Assembly: GCA_946965045.2 (NCBI GenBank)
Contig: OX337235.1
Location: 1,674,001-1,738,000 of the forward strand
Origin: Epithemia pelagica
Taxonomy: Eukaryota > Protista > Bacillariophyta
Reading direction: 5' to 3'
DNA: 64,000 nt
The translations under genes and the position numbers were made by a program. The notes below the pieces were generated by a model that was given only the letters and a program-made list of their open reading frames with translations, did not search any database and had not been told where the DNA came from. Below, piece after piece: positions 21,273 through 32,662 of the stretch (positions are counted from its first letter, which is position 1; each line of letters opens with the position of its first letter).

Positions 21273-22811
21273 GTGAGCACCGCCCCACCTCCTCGATCCG
21301 CCAATCACGTTGCCACTCGTCTTTCTCGAACCGGAGCTAGTCTCACCAGTGGTCCTGAATATATACGTCGCAGCTCGAGTCAAGACGACGTAGAAAACGG
21401 ATTAATTCGACCATCCCTCCGACGAGCTACCGACATCCAGAAAAAGCAAAGACGTTTCTGGCCGTTTCGTTCAAACTCTTTCCTTTTTCATCATTGTCAC
21501 GCTTGTTCGAAGATGTTATCCAACCTTGGAAAGAATCCCGCTCGATCGGAAAGTATGGCTTACCCGCCCTCCAGTACTGCCTCATTGCTTTCTAGAGTCC
21601 AGTTCCTGTTCCGAAGACATTCCCATGCTGTCATTGTCGCGTTTTTCTTGGTTGCTCTTATTCTGGTAGCATTTTCGGACTACCTTAGTGAATGGAGAGC
21701 AGAATCTTCGAATGTGTTGCGTAGCAAAGCTCTCTCTTTTGTACAGGTAAGCGGTGCCTCCAAGCACTGGGGTGGAGCCGTTCATGAAGGCTACTTTTCC
21801 GTGGAAGGTTCCGAACTTGCAGGTGGTGCTGGATGGCGTTTTGCGGCAGTCACAGATTTGGATGAACTCTCAAAAGTAATGGATGCAAAGAAACCATCAT
21901 TTCGATCTGTGCTCGTTCCTGGTCGGATCTCTCTTGGCAACAATGGAATGTATTCCATTAAATTTGAAGAGACTCGTGAACTCCTCACCAAGCACAATGA
22001 AGCTGGTCGTGGAGCAGAATTTAGTGAGCTGACAGTTTTCAACAACCGTCTCTTGACGTTTGATGATCGTACAGGGGACGTATTTGAAATTCTGAATGGT
22101 CCCGATGGGGAAAGCTCCTTTTGTCTTCCGCGCTTTGTCATAACAGAAGGAAGTGGGGAGACAGACAAGGGAATGAAATGGGAATGGTCTACTGTCAAGA
22201 ACGGGGAACTCTACATGGGAAGTATGGGGAAAAAGTATACACGCGCAGATGGTTCAGTGGTAAATACTCATAATCTATGGATTGCGATTTTGGATGGACA
22301 TGGCGAACTTCGTCGGGAAAACTGGGCCGAGCGGTACGAAGTGGTCCGCCGAGCATTGGATGCTACAGATCCAGGATACTTGATCATTGAAGCTGTAAAC
22401 TGGTCCGATGCTTTGCGAAAGTGGGTCTTCTTACCTCGACGAATCAGCAAAGAAGCCTACAATGACGTCGTGGATGAGAAGAAGGGTGGAAATAAGATTG
22501 TTCTCGTTGATGAAAACTTCAAGAAGGCAGAAGTGGTGGAGATTTCCAATATGAGTAAAGATCCATTGCGTGGATTCTCTTCTTTCGCTTTTGTTCCTGG
22601 TACCAAGGATCGACACATGATGGCCATCAGATCCGTGGAAGAGGATTGTGCAATTGATGGCGGTGAATGCAAACAACGTTCCTACTTTTTGATTATTGAT
22701 GTATTAACTGGTGCAGTTCTCAGTGACGAAGTTCAGTTCCCGGAGAATCTCAAGTTTGAAGGTCTAGAGTTTGTCAACATGCACACTGTGCCTCCGTACT
22801 CCAAACAATAG
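21273..22811 (+). CDS. Calcium-activated nucleotidase/apyrase (CANT1-like), type II membrane; true start uncertain (first ATG 21513)
   Basis: GRGAEFSEL, FDDRTG, KGMKWEW, YMGSMGKKY, FLPRR, RGFSSF, KFEGLEF. One N-terminal TM segment. Confidence 0.92.
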   Translation: MSTAPPPRSANHVATRLSRTGASLTSGPEYIRRSSSQDDVENGLIRPSLRRATDIQKKQRRFWPFRSNSFLFHHCHACSKMLSNLGKNPARSESMAYPPSSTASLLSRVQFLFRRHSHAVIVAFFLVALILVAFSDYLSEWRAESSNVLRSKALSFVQVSGASKHWGGAVHEGYFSVEGSELAGGAGWRFAAVTDLDELSKVMDAKKPSFRSVLVPGRISLGNNGMYSIKFEETRELLTKHNEAGRGAEFSELTVFNNRLLTFDDRTGDVFEILNGPDGESSFCLPRFVITEGSGETDKGMKWEWSTVKNGELYMGSMGKKYTRADGSVVNTHNLWIAILDGHGELRRENWAERYEVVRRALDATDPGYLIIEAVNWSDALRKWVFLPRRISKEAYNDVVDEKKGGNKIVLVDENFKKAEVVEISNMSKDPLRGFSSFAFVPGTKDRHMMAIRSVEEDCAIDGGECKQRSYFLIIDVLTGAVLSDEVQFPENLKFEGLEFVNMHTVPPYSKQ

Positions 22812-23176
22812 AAACAGCAACAGATGGATAAGAGCCGAACTGTGTGGCAGTGAAGGGTCAACGGGATTACCTTGAAACTGGACCATTCAACAAATGGCTC
22901 GAATTCTCACAACACCCATTTATTCCCTACACTGGTGCAGATTTTGTCATGTCCTTCAAGCGCTTCAATGACAGTTTTTCCTTAGTAGGCACGCTCACGT
23001 TTTCTAATCAAAAGTAAACTCAATGAACGAGCCATCTATTATGGTAATAGCTCCAACCAATTGCTGGGCTTGACAAATGTGTCGCCTGTTTACGATGGAT
23101 TTATAGGTGAACATGATACTTTGTTCGAGGAAAAGACAGTCACGGTTGGCGGAACAAAAACGACTCAACTGTTTCA

Positions 23177-24090
23177 TCAGTACATGCTGCCACCATCAGA
23201 ACCACCATAACCACCACCGTAGCCGGATGATTGGTAGTTATCACGGTTCTGAAGGGTGTAGTCGAACTGACGCTGCATAAGGATATCTGTCATGGTTGAC
23301 CATCCTATCAACTGAGGAATGGTCGTCCTCATGATTTCCCGAATCACCTGAAATTCTCCCAACTCAGCCGTCACTGCCATGGGGCCAGTTCCTGTATCAC
23401 CAGCGGAGGGCTGTTGACCGCCTTGTCCATTCAATTCATAATCCACGGAAAACTCGACCGTTCCAGCTTCCCCTGGAGTCATTCGAAATACCTTGATTGG
23501 TTCGTTTTCACTCGCAGTCTGGTCTTGTTCACCAGCCTGGAGGGGAGCGCTAGGATCCCGCTGCATAGGGGTTTTGCGGCTAAACTGAACGTTATTTTCA
23601 GGCAGTTGATGCAACAAATAACCAATCTCTTCGGCGGAGAGTGCGAAGCGCATTACATCCCTCTTTTCTCGACTGACTGTTCCTGGAAAGAGAAAACAAA
23701 CAAGATAGCAGGAGGAACAAAGGATGTGAGTTCGTGGCAAAGAAGCGGGATCGAATACAGAATGGAAGTTTGTTTCAAGGTCGTGCCTTCTGGAGAGCGC
23801 GGAGCAAATTCTAACAAAACCCGTCCTCTTTTCGAGTTATCAAGAATCATAGTATTATTGCGCAAAATCCGAAACTGGGGTGGAATCAATCTCATGGACA
23901 TGACGCATTTCTCTGCAAAAACCGAGTAGTTCGGCTGCGCTCTCAAAGGGCCAGCATTGTCGTACTGTTGACCAAATGGAGGTGAGTAGGAAGCAAATGA
24001 TCGTGTGGCACTCCTCCACAGAACAGCCTTGGATGCGGCGGTTGCCTGGGCAACGTTGAGGCGATTGAATGCAGATGAGAAAAACGACAT
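23177..24090 (-). CDS. Whirly-family ssDNA-binding protein, probably mitochondrial; predicted GC-AG intron 23683-23786
   Basis: YSVFAEKCVMSMRLIPPQF...GRVLLEFAPR...FALSAEEIG...EFQVIREIMRTTIPQLIGW parallels plant WHY proteins. N-terminus is Ser/Arg/Ala-rich with no acidic residues. Confidence 0.75.
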
Positions 24091-24465
24091 GGCTTGCTTC
24101 TTTACTCGTCGACTTCAAATGAAAGCTACCGATTTATCCAAAAAATCTTTGTACGAAGTCTCGGATCTTTGGGGGGTTGCGGGCTGGGGGTTGGGGGTAT
24201 CTTTTTTGGTCTTGTGGGATTTGGTATTAGGGTTGTCTGTCCATCTGCAGATGTAGTCTACATGTACTCCCAAGCATCAGGGGTGAGTTGCTCAATATAT
24301 CCTGATTTGATAAGAAAAGCATGGAGGATGAGGAGTAATTAGCATCGCGCTTCGACTCATATGCGACTCAATACTCGCCCCGCGCTTGTGGGAAAGCCCA
24401 AGAACCTGATCGATAGGTCTACTACGACACAACATAAAAAAAGACAAGGAAAAAAAATAAGGGCG

Positions 24466-25866
24466 ATGTCAGTGCCATCACTCGTCTTTGTTTATGCACC
24501 ATTATTGTTGACGCAATTGGCGTTATCATCCTGTTTCGCAATGAGCACACCAAGCAAGACGTTTTACAAACGTGTTCTGCCGTCATCTTGTACCGCCTTC
24601 TCTTCCAAGCGTGGCAAAGAAATTTTTGCGTCGGCCCTTCGCAATCATGGCCTCAAATCCTACTTCGCGCTCATGGAGCAACACACGACTCAGACGGAAC
24701 CGTCTTTTTGTGGAATCTCAACTTTAGTAGTTGTACTCAATGCCTTCTCGATTGATCCCAAGCAATCGTGGAAAGGACCATGGAGATGGTACCATGAAGG
24801 CATTCTAAACTGTTGTTTGGACCTTGACGAAGTCAAGAATCGTGGAATCACGTTTCCTGATTTTGCGTGTTTGGCCATATGCCAGGGGCTATCAGTAGAT
24901 ATACGATATGCTCAATCTGAGGAAGGCTCAGTGGAAGCGTTTCGTGCAGCTGTGAGAAAAGCATGCGTGGAAGACATCTCAAGCGAACTTGCTGGACGAG
25001 AAAATGCTTCCGTCGGGACATCCTTGGGACCTGCTCGCAACGCGGAGAACATCGTTAATGGTGATGACGAAGAAGAACTTCGCTTGCGCGATTTGCTGGT
25101 GGTGTCGTACGATAGAAAGACTTTGGGTCAGACTGGAAGCGGGCATTTCTCTCCCCTCGCTGCCTATGATTCGGAATCGGATTCAGTACTCATTCTCGAC
25201 ACTGCTCGATTCAAATATGGTGCGCATTGGATACCTTTACCGTTGCTTCATTCGGCAATGATACCAAAGGACAATGCTACGGGTAAATCTAGAGGCTTTG
25301 CCATGTTGTCGCTTAGGGATGACGAACTAGAGAGTGGACTTCCACTTCAGGATCAACTTCCCGTTTCAACTCTCTTTCGCTACAAGTTCGATGAAGAAGC
25401 TAGGCGGCATCGGTATGACTTCTATGAATTCATTAAGAGTCGGCGTCCACATTCTCTTACTTGGCAAGAGGTATATGAATACTGGACAAAAGATGGGTCA
25501 GATCCGTCTTTTGTCTGGCAAATGATGGAGCCACAATTCAAACCCCAAGATGAGGCGACCAGAATTGTTGTCGATGATGTGATTGATGCAGTTCAAAAGA
25601 TTCTGCCTCATTCTGCAGACGAGAAAGAGAACGAACTGGGAGCTGAAGGGAAATGCAGGAGGACGTGCCGTCCGAACCACAGCAGAACGCTACCACTTCG
25701 GCCAGAGGAGGCCATTTTCATTGTTTTCCTTTCAGTATTGGACACGGAAAAGCGATTACGATATGTATCCAGGGCATTGTCAGAAGCCGGGTCTGAGATG
25801 GGACCTGCGGAAGATCAGTTACTGGCCGTTGCTCACCTTGTCGGGAAGTTTATTGAATTGGCATAA
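24466..25866 (+). CDS. PCS: Phytochelatin synthase (glutathione gamma-glutamylcysteinyltransferase)
   Basis: TQTEPSFCG (catalytic Cys), WKGPWRWY, QTGSGHFSP (His), ILDTARFKY (Asp). Confidence 0.95.
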   Translation: MSVPSLVFVYAPLLLTQLALSSCFAMSTPSKTFYKRVLPSSCTAFSSKRGKEIFASALRNHGLKSYFALMEQHTTQTEPSFCGISTLVVVLNAFSIDPKQSWKGPWRWYHEGILNCCLDLDEVKNRGITFPDFACLAICQGLSVDIRYAQSEEGSVEAFRAAVRKACVEDISSELAGRENASVGTSLGPARNAENIVNGDDEEELRLRDLLVVSYDRKTLGQTGSGHFSPLAAYDSESDSVLILDTARFKYGAHWIPLPLLHSAMIPKDNATGKSRGFAMLSLRDDELESGLPLQDQLPVSTLFRYKFDEEARRHRYDFYEFIKSRRPHSLTWQEVYEYWTKDGSDPSFVWQMMEPQFKPQDEATRIVVDDVIDAVQKILPHSADEKENELGAEGKCRRTCRPNHSRTLPLRPEEAIFIVFLSVLDTEKRLRYVSRALSEAGSEMGPAEDQLLAVAHLVGKFIELA

Positions 25867-25917
25867 ACTGCACAGTTTCTCTCTGATACCAAGCGCACTT
25901 GACATCTTGGAGGGAAC

Positions 25918-25979
25918 ACAGGACTTCATAGTGAGTATCTGATATGAAACAGGACTTCCTAGTGAGTATCTGATATGAA
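25918..25979. repeat. 2 x 31-bp tandem duplication
   Basis: ACAGGACTTC(A/C)TAGTGAGTATCTGATATGAA occurs twice. Confidence 0.85.
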
Positions 25980-26385
25980 CTTGTGTGATCACACTGAAGA
26001 TTGGTACATGCCAGGAACGGTACCAATCAGCTTACCTCTAATCAGAGCCTCTTCGTTCTTAATGAAGGCGAGAAGCCATCCGCAGTGAGAAATATTGATT
26101 CTATCTGTGTGATGCTCCTAGTTGATCAAAGCATGAAAAATAAAATCATTAGGAGTACCTCTGAGTACCTCTAGAGGTAGATATGCTAGGGGTGGTCTTG
26201 GGCTTGGGTGGTGGTTGGGTTGCCGAAGGTTGCCGATGAGTTGATTTGCTTCCGAGCGTCCGAAGTGCGACCAACATGTGTAGGTTGAACATCCGTGATA
26301 GATACGCTTCTTTTGAAGAGGTGATCGAGCCGTCACTACAATATGCCCACAAAGGTCAAGTTTATTTGAGAGACTTTTTAGAGAA

Positions 26386-27330
26386 ATGAAGATGGTACAA
26401 ATAATACGCTGGGTAATCTCCGTTCTTGTCGTTGGTTTGGTGTCTGAAGTCCAGTCGTTCGTGCAACTGTCCACAGACCATCGAAAGCAGTCGTTGGGAT
26501 TGACAGTCTGCAGATTTGGCACATGCCGACTGCGTGGGGACTGGAGAACAAGACGAATAAACGGTGTGGCTAATGCGAATAATGATGCTTACAGAAACGG
26601 GGAGGCGGCATCTTTCGAAGTTTTGTCACCTTTCGAATCATGGTGTGTGTCTCACCTTGAGAAAATGTACACACAAGCCTTGTCAATTCGATGTCCTTTC
26701 TGGAAAAGACGTGCATCAGATATTTTGGATGCACTTGATGAAATTATGCGATTCCTGGTAATTCGCCACAAGTCACTTGATTTAGTTGGACCACCTGCGG
26801 GTTGGAAATTGGATGGAATCCAGAAGAGCAAATACTTGGATTCTGATGAACTTCTCCTGCTCATACGTGCTGATTGGCAGGTCAAAACAAACAAAGGATA
26901 CTACATCACAGGCCGCCTGAACACTACAATCTACAGAGATGGCTGTGTCTTTGATGGCCCTGATCCAGATATGCCAGTTAGGGGTTTGCGCAAGTATCTT
27001 AATGCGGCATCACAACTCTTTGATCCTGTTCACAGCCGAGCCGAACTTCTTTCGCTTGAAGTGGTGGAGGATCAACTCGAAGGCATATATCAACGAGGGA
27101 AGGGGCACCAGAGCTTGTACAAGTACGCGCCCATCGTCGCCACATGGAGAATGTGGGGTGTATTACGTCTTCCATGGAAGCCGATATTGCCCGAATGGAC
27201 AGGCACAACAACTTACTTCAGAGATGAAGAAGGACTAATCTACAAACATGTCGAGACTTGGGATATGTCTACTCTCCAGGCCTTTGTCAAAACCTTCTGG
27301 CCGGATCTTGCAGAGGGGATATGGGATTGA
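26386..27330 (+). CDS. DUF2358/SnoaL-like (NTF2-fold) protein, probably plastid-targeted
   Basis: YYITGRLNTTIYRDGCVFDGPDPDMPVRGLRKY...WRMWGVLRLPWKP...HVETW. Signal peptide then VQS-F. Confidence 0.75.
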   Translation: MKMVQIIRWVISVLVVGLVSEVQSFVQLSTDHRKQSLGLTVCRFGTCRLRGDWRTRRINGVANANNDAYRNGEAASFEVLSPFESWCVSHLEKMYTQALSIRCPFWKRRASDILDALDEIMRFLVIRHKSLDLVGPPAGWKLDGIQKSKYLDSDELLLLIRADWQVKTNKGYYITGRLNTTIYRDGCVFDGPDPDMPVRGLRKYLNAASQLFDPVHSRAELLSLEVVEDQLEGIYQRGKGHQSLYKYAPIVATWRMWGVLRLPWKPILPEWTGTTTYFRDEEGLIYKHVETWDMSTLQAFVKTFWPDLAEGIWD

Positions 27331-27777
27331 ATGATACTTGAACTTGTAGTACAACCTGGCAATGACCGACTTCTCTGGGAATCTGTGTACAATTGCTGGG
27401 CACAGACGTTTCACTTTTACATTATCTTCTTCTCCTCTGCAAGAAGCGCAGAAGAACTGCGAAACCGAACTAGACACAGATCTCATTTTCTAGGTCGACA
27501 AAAGCAAGATCATTGCCCCTTGCCCAATTAGCTCCATGGAACCGAAAAGAGAACCCCAACAATTCTCCCGATTATCGATCTAAGATGGCAGGCAAACCTA
27601 GGTGGTTTTACATCAAGTACTATGCTTCAGCTACATACCATGCATACCTTCCATAAGACGACTCAACTCTCATTCTCCGACCCATCCGTCCACTCAAATT
27701 TCGATTTCCAAGCGTCTACTAATAGTAACGATATTTCGATGTGTCAGCCATCATTCTAGGAGATGGGAAAACGTCTC

Positions 27778-28716
27778 TTATTGCAAAAGACGTTTCGCCG
27801 CAGCCCAGCTCTCCCGTGCCTGTACATAAATGTTGTCTTCTCCCGTTTTGTGTATTCTCAGGTCGTTGTCAAGATACATGATATCAAAGTATGCCTTTGG
27901 AGGCATGGTAATCCCGCTCTTTCGCCGAAAAAGCCGATTCAGAAAAACAATGATGCGAGTGATAAATGGACCGGGCACAGGGATATAGAGACTCCATTTA
28001 ATTGGGATGAAAAAGAATCTTGAGAAAACTGCTCTGGCGTACTTGAACTGCAATTCAACCCTTTTCTCAGAAAGTGGGATTGCCTTGATCACAACGTTTA
28101 GCTGTTGGAGCAACGGCGGTTTATCTCCTTGAGTCGACGAGATAAAATCAATCACGTTTGTGATGCGTCCTTTCCTCGCATTGACAACATTCTGCACTTT
28201 AGCGTCACCTCTAGTGGAGTTTGACGAGAAGGTTGCATCGGCAGCAGTTGAGAAAAGAAGCTTCCATGGACCATCAAGAGGAGACTCGCCTCCTCTCTGC
28301 CGATCCCCAAGAAACATGGTCGAATTGGTGACAGGATTAATAGCGTACAAACGCTCGCAGGTGGACAGAACAGAATCGGCGGCATATCCGACCGAGTCGG
28401 ATATTGAATAGAAATCAACCTTTGTTGGAGCACGGCTAGTTTCGTTCAGTTCGCCTCCTTTAACCCCAAAGTCAATGGAAAAGTCTCCACCCAGAACCTT
28501 GGCTGTTCGAAGCTGATCGATTCGCTTGAGCAAATCTTCTTTCAATGATTCGGCTTCTGGCCCTGACGTCGTCGGCACCTCCATTGACATTGGTGAAGAT
28601 ACCTTCACGAAAGGTCGATGCGCGAATCTCCCGACCTTCGAATGGAGAAAGGATGACCCTTGAGCAATAACAATAACCCAGATATAAAGCTTTGTGAGTA
28701 GAATGCGGCTCATCAT
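27778..28716 (-). CDS. PAP/fibrillin-family plastid protein
   Basis: LDGPWKLLFST, VQNVVN, YFDIMYLDNDLRIHKTGEDNIYV. Signal peptide then GSS-F. Confidence 0.85.
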   Translation of the reverse strand: MMSRILLTKLYIWVIVIAQGSSFLHSKVGRFAHRPFVKVSSPMSMEVPTTSGPEAESLKEDLLKRIDQLRTAKVLGGDFSIDFGVKGGELNETSRAPTKVDFYSISDSVGYAADSVLSTCERLYAINPVTNSTMFLGDRQRGGESPLDGPWKLLFSTAADATFSSNSTRGDAKVQNVVNARKGRITNVIDFISSTQGDKPPLLQQLNVVIKAIPLSEKRVELQFKYARAVFSRFFFIPIKWSLYIPVPGPFITRIIVFLNRLFRRKSGITMPPKAYFDIMYLDNDLRIHKTGEDNIYVQARESWAAAKRLLQ

Positions 28717-28975
28717 CTTACACCCCTCAGGATCTTTCCGTCGTTATTCGAAATCATTGTGTGTGCAGTGTGCGCGCCCATTTCCGTTGTGGAGCTGGAG
28801 GTGGAGTAGAGGTGGGGTTTCACGACTTAAATGCGCGGGACTAGAAACAAACCTCCGATCGTGTTCTTTCTTTTTTCTTCTTCACCGGATCTTTCTCAAG
28901 ATCGTGGGCGACAATGGTTGTCACTTGCTAAAAGAAATACAGTCTTTCCTGTGATCTAGAGAAATAACTAAGACA

Positions 28976-30067
28976 ATGCGATCTGCTCCCAAGTTCAACT
29001 TTGTTCCTGGTCCGACAGCCGTCAATCCTTCGATTCTACAGGCGTTCACCGAGGATTTCGCTTCTTCTGATCTTGAGGATGAATTCTGGGATGATTACCA
29101 AGGGTTGCAGAATGAGCTACAAACCATCCTGGGGACCAGTGATGAAATAATCATTATGTCTGGGGAAGGCATGGTTGTACTCTGGGGAGCAATGAAAAGC
29201 GTGATCAAGCCTGGAGATAAAGTGATAAGTGTTGTGAATGGCATCTACGGCGATGGCTTTGCTCAAATGGCAACGGGTCTTGGTGCTCAAGTGACAACGG
29301 TTGACTTCCCATGGAATGAGGCAGTAGACAATGCGAAGGTTATTGAAGCGATAAAAAATGAGAAGCCACGTTTAGTAACCATGGTCCACTGTGAGACTCC
29401 CACAGGGTGTTTGAACAGCCTATCTGGAATTGGAGATGCCACGAGAAATTGCGGTGGCCTCTTCTTGGTCGATTTTGTTTCATCTGCAGGCGGCACCAAA
29501 CTGAGCGTCAGTGAAGAGAAAATCGACTTGGGTTTGCTTGGTTCACAGAAAGTTTTGGGGGTTCCACCAGCCCTCGCATTCGCGGGTGTTAGTGATCGAG
29601 CTTGGAAAGTTGTTTCAGAAGTGAACTATTCTGGTTACGATGCATTTCTGCCATTCAAAGGTATGGCTCGAGGAAAACTACTCCCCTATACCCATAACTG
29701 GCATGCCATTGTCGCCACTCGCCGAGCATGTCAAGATCTAATGAATGAAGGGATGGCAGCTGTCGTTAAGCGACATGAGAAGGCACGAGATTTCTGCATT
29801 GCATATGGAAAGAAGATCGGGTTAAATCTATTCAATGGTATATGTCCCTCGCCGACGGTAACGGCATTTTATGTTCCTGAAGGTATTTCATGGGAGAGTT
29901 TTAACAAAACCTTGAGGGAGAAGGAGGTGATTGTGGGAGGATGCTATGGCAGCTTGGCCGGAAAGGTATTTCGAGTTGGACATATGGGAAAACAGGCATC
30001 GGTAGACCTCCTCCAAGAAGCCATGAATATTGTTGAAGAAACTATCTCTGCACTACGTGGCTCTTGA
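28976..30067 (+). CDS. Class-V PLP aminotransferase (alanine-glyoxylate/serine-pyruvate/pyridoxamine-pyruvate type)
   Basis: PGPT, HCETPTG, VDFVSS, GSQKVLG (PLP Lys), GKVFRVGHMG. Intronless. Confidence 0.92.
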   Translation: MRSAPKFNFVPGPTAVNPSILQAFTEDFASSDLEDEFWDDYQGLQNELQTILGTSDEIIIMSGEGMVVLWGAMKSVIKPGDKVISVVNGIYGDGFAQMATGLGAQVTTVDFPWNEAVDNAKVIEAIKNEKPRLVTMVHCETPTGCLNSLSGIGDATRNCGGLFLVDFVSSAGGTKLSVSEEKIDLGLLGSQKVLGVPPALAFAGVSDRAWKVVSEVNYSGYDAFLPFKGMARGKLLPYTHNWHAIVATRRACQDLMNEGMAAVVKRHEKARDFCIAYGKKIGLNLFNGICPSPTVTAFYVPEGISWESFNKTLREKEVIVGGCYGSLAGKVFRVGHMGKQASVDLLQEAMNIVEETISALRGS

Positions 30068-30669
30068 CAGGGCAAGCACTGCAATTGGGATCCGCATACG
30101 TCGATCTCCACGAGAAATTGAAAGAGATTCAGGTCCGGAAGAATTCAATGGAGTTACACAGAGTAAAGTTTCACGACTAAAGTTCCACCCTTTGAAGAAT
30201 GATGATTCTCATCCTAAGAATTTGTCCTTCACGAGACCGCAACTAAGAGAGTCAGGCACTTATGCAGGTGGATCGTTAGTAGTTAAGAGCTTCCTGGCAA
30301 CACTGGATGATGAGATATTATAGACTTTGTGTCAACTCGGGACACAAGCATGGTAATTACAGAAGACATAGTGGACTCCATCCTCCAACCAGTAATACTC
30401 CTAGGAGTAATGGGAATACCGATTTTGACAATATGGGGACCATAGCACGCAGTGGTCACATAGTATATAGTATACGTAGTCTACCTACTCCTACTCAGAA
30501 GCAAATCGTACACGGGCATTCGCTCTCGACGATCGACGATGGACCTTCCGATGCCGTCCTCACATAGTTTCTCACATATGTTGTCGCATGTGCCTGAGTG
30601 ACGAGAGATCTGGTCGAAACTGGAATCTTGGACACCTTCTGACGCTGACGCGAAACCTGCGAGTTAGCT

Positions 30670-32413
30670 ATGAAGTTCGATCCATTCATTGTGATACTTC
30701 TCTTCCTGAACTCGCCAGCAATATGCGCCTCAACCGTTGAGGAACAAGTCGAAGAAGAGCCAAAGACACGTCGGAAAAAGAGTGTCCCTAGGACCTTTTG
30801 GAAGAGGGCGGATAGAACACGACAACACCATGGCTCTGACCCTTTCCGTGATTTCTTCGATCGCGACGATCACAAGGGAGATGGTTTCGTGGTGAGTTAG
30901 ACTCATCTTTTGTTGTTCATCGCGTGGTTATTCACTGTCTTACTTCTGCTGATGCTTGCAGAGACGGATTCTCAATTCGAGCGGCTCATGGCTCCCCTCT
31001 GTATGGACGCGTGGATTTTTCGATGGGTCTCTTCGCGCGCTGAGAACGGCAACCTTTGGCATGATTCTTTCGTTGGTCTCTTTCCTTGGTTTTCCGATTT
31101 TTGGACTACGAAATGGCGGCTGGGCCGGGTTCTTACTTAGCGGCGTCGCAGGCTCTTTTCTGGGAACGATAGCGACAATCGTAACCATTGTTTCTTCGAC
31201 ATTCAATTTTGCTCTTGGTGTACTTTCCACACCCGCTTCAATTCTTGCTACGTTCTTAGGGAAAACGTGGGACTGCGACAGAAAGAAGTACATGCACTAT
31301 GTGTTGGAAGAAGACGCAGTGGAACTGGCCCGAGAACTGGAATCTCGTGGCTTGTCTCGTGAAGTCAAAAACAAGGATTTTTATGATAGATTGGGAATTG
31401 AGCCTAGTGCATCCAAAAATGAAATAAAGAAGGCATTCCGACAGAAAGCAAAATACGTCCATCCTGACAAAAATCCAGATGACGAAGAAGCTCAAACTGA
31501 GTTTCTTCGTCTTCATGAAGCATACCAGACATTGTCGGATGATAAATTGAGAGCAGACTACGATCAATTTGGGGCAACTGCAAGTCGGAACAAAAGTTTT
31601 GATGCCAGCGTTTTCTTTTCTGTTCTTTGGGATGCGGATTCTGTTGAAACTTACATCGGAGAGCTACGGATTAGCTTTTATGTCGACAGGTTACAGGTGC
31701 TGATAGAGTTGTCCCAATCCGATGCAGACATGGAATCGTTCGCTGCGTTTCTCGACGGATGGAATAATGGTTCACGCCGTCGACATGTCGACATTGCCAC
31801 TGGTCTATTGCGCTTCTTGTCCGACTTTGAAACCGAACATACATCAAAAGAGCAATTTGCTTTCACCTGTCAAAAAGAAGCAGAAAAGATTGCACAATCA
31901 GCGTTTGGCAACCGATTCTTGAATATGATTGGCAAAGCGATTCTGTTGGAGTCAGAAAAGTTCGTCTCCTATTCATCTCCTTTCACTTTCCCACAGGGCG
32001 TGTATACATCGTCTCGTCAATATCTCGGTCGAGTATTGAACAACTGGAGATCAATGCGGAAAATGTTCACGATGGTTGGGGCCGTCATGTCCACAGAGAA
32101 TACTCGGACACACGATGGACACATCACCTGGGATCCAGATTTTATTAAGAGTTTACTACCAGATATGCTCGAGGTTGTCTGGGGATATATTGTTAGTGAT
32201 GTGTCTTGGACATTGCATGTTGCCTGTGGCAAGCTGCTGGCGGATTCCGTGGGTAGGGAGCGACGCCAACGTCGCGCTGAAGGGCTCCAATTGTTGGGTC
32301 AGGCAATGTTAGCGGTTGCAGAGGAAACATCTGTGAATGAACAGTTATCATCTGGAATCATTAAGAAAAGAATTGACCGAGCTTTCGACTTGGCAATGAT
32401 GAAAGCAGCATGA
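30670..32413 (+). CDS. J-domain + X-domain protein (Caj1/Djp1-like) with N-terminal hydrophobic segments; intron 30892-30961
   Basis: FYDRLGI...HPDKNP...EAYQTLSD J domain. GTGAGT...GCAG intron joins the 30670 ORF in frame. Confidence 0.85.
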
Positions 32414-32662
32414 TCAAAATGAATTTTCGACTTGCGTACGAAGAATCCAAATTGGTTAAAATGAAGCATTACCCGTACCTTAGCTACCCATAGAGAGGTA
32501 CTACTCCCTCCCTCCCTCTATTGTACTCTAGATACTAGAGGTAGTTAGTTAGGAGTTGCACGTCTCTACCTCTAGGTAGTAGCTGAAAGTCGGTAGCCAA
32601 CAACAGAACACAGCGCAAAACGGCAACACGGGGAGAAGTTTCAACAGATTCTACCATTGACA

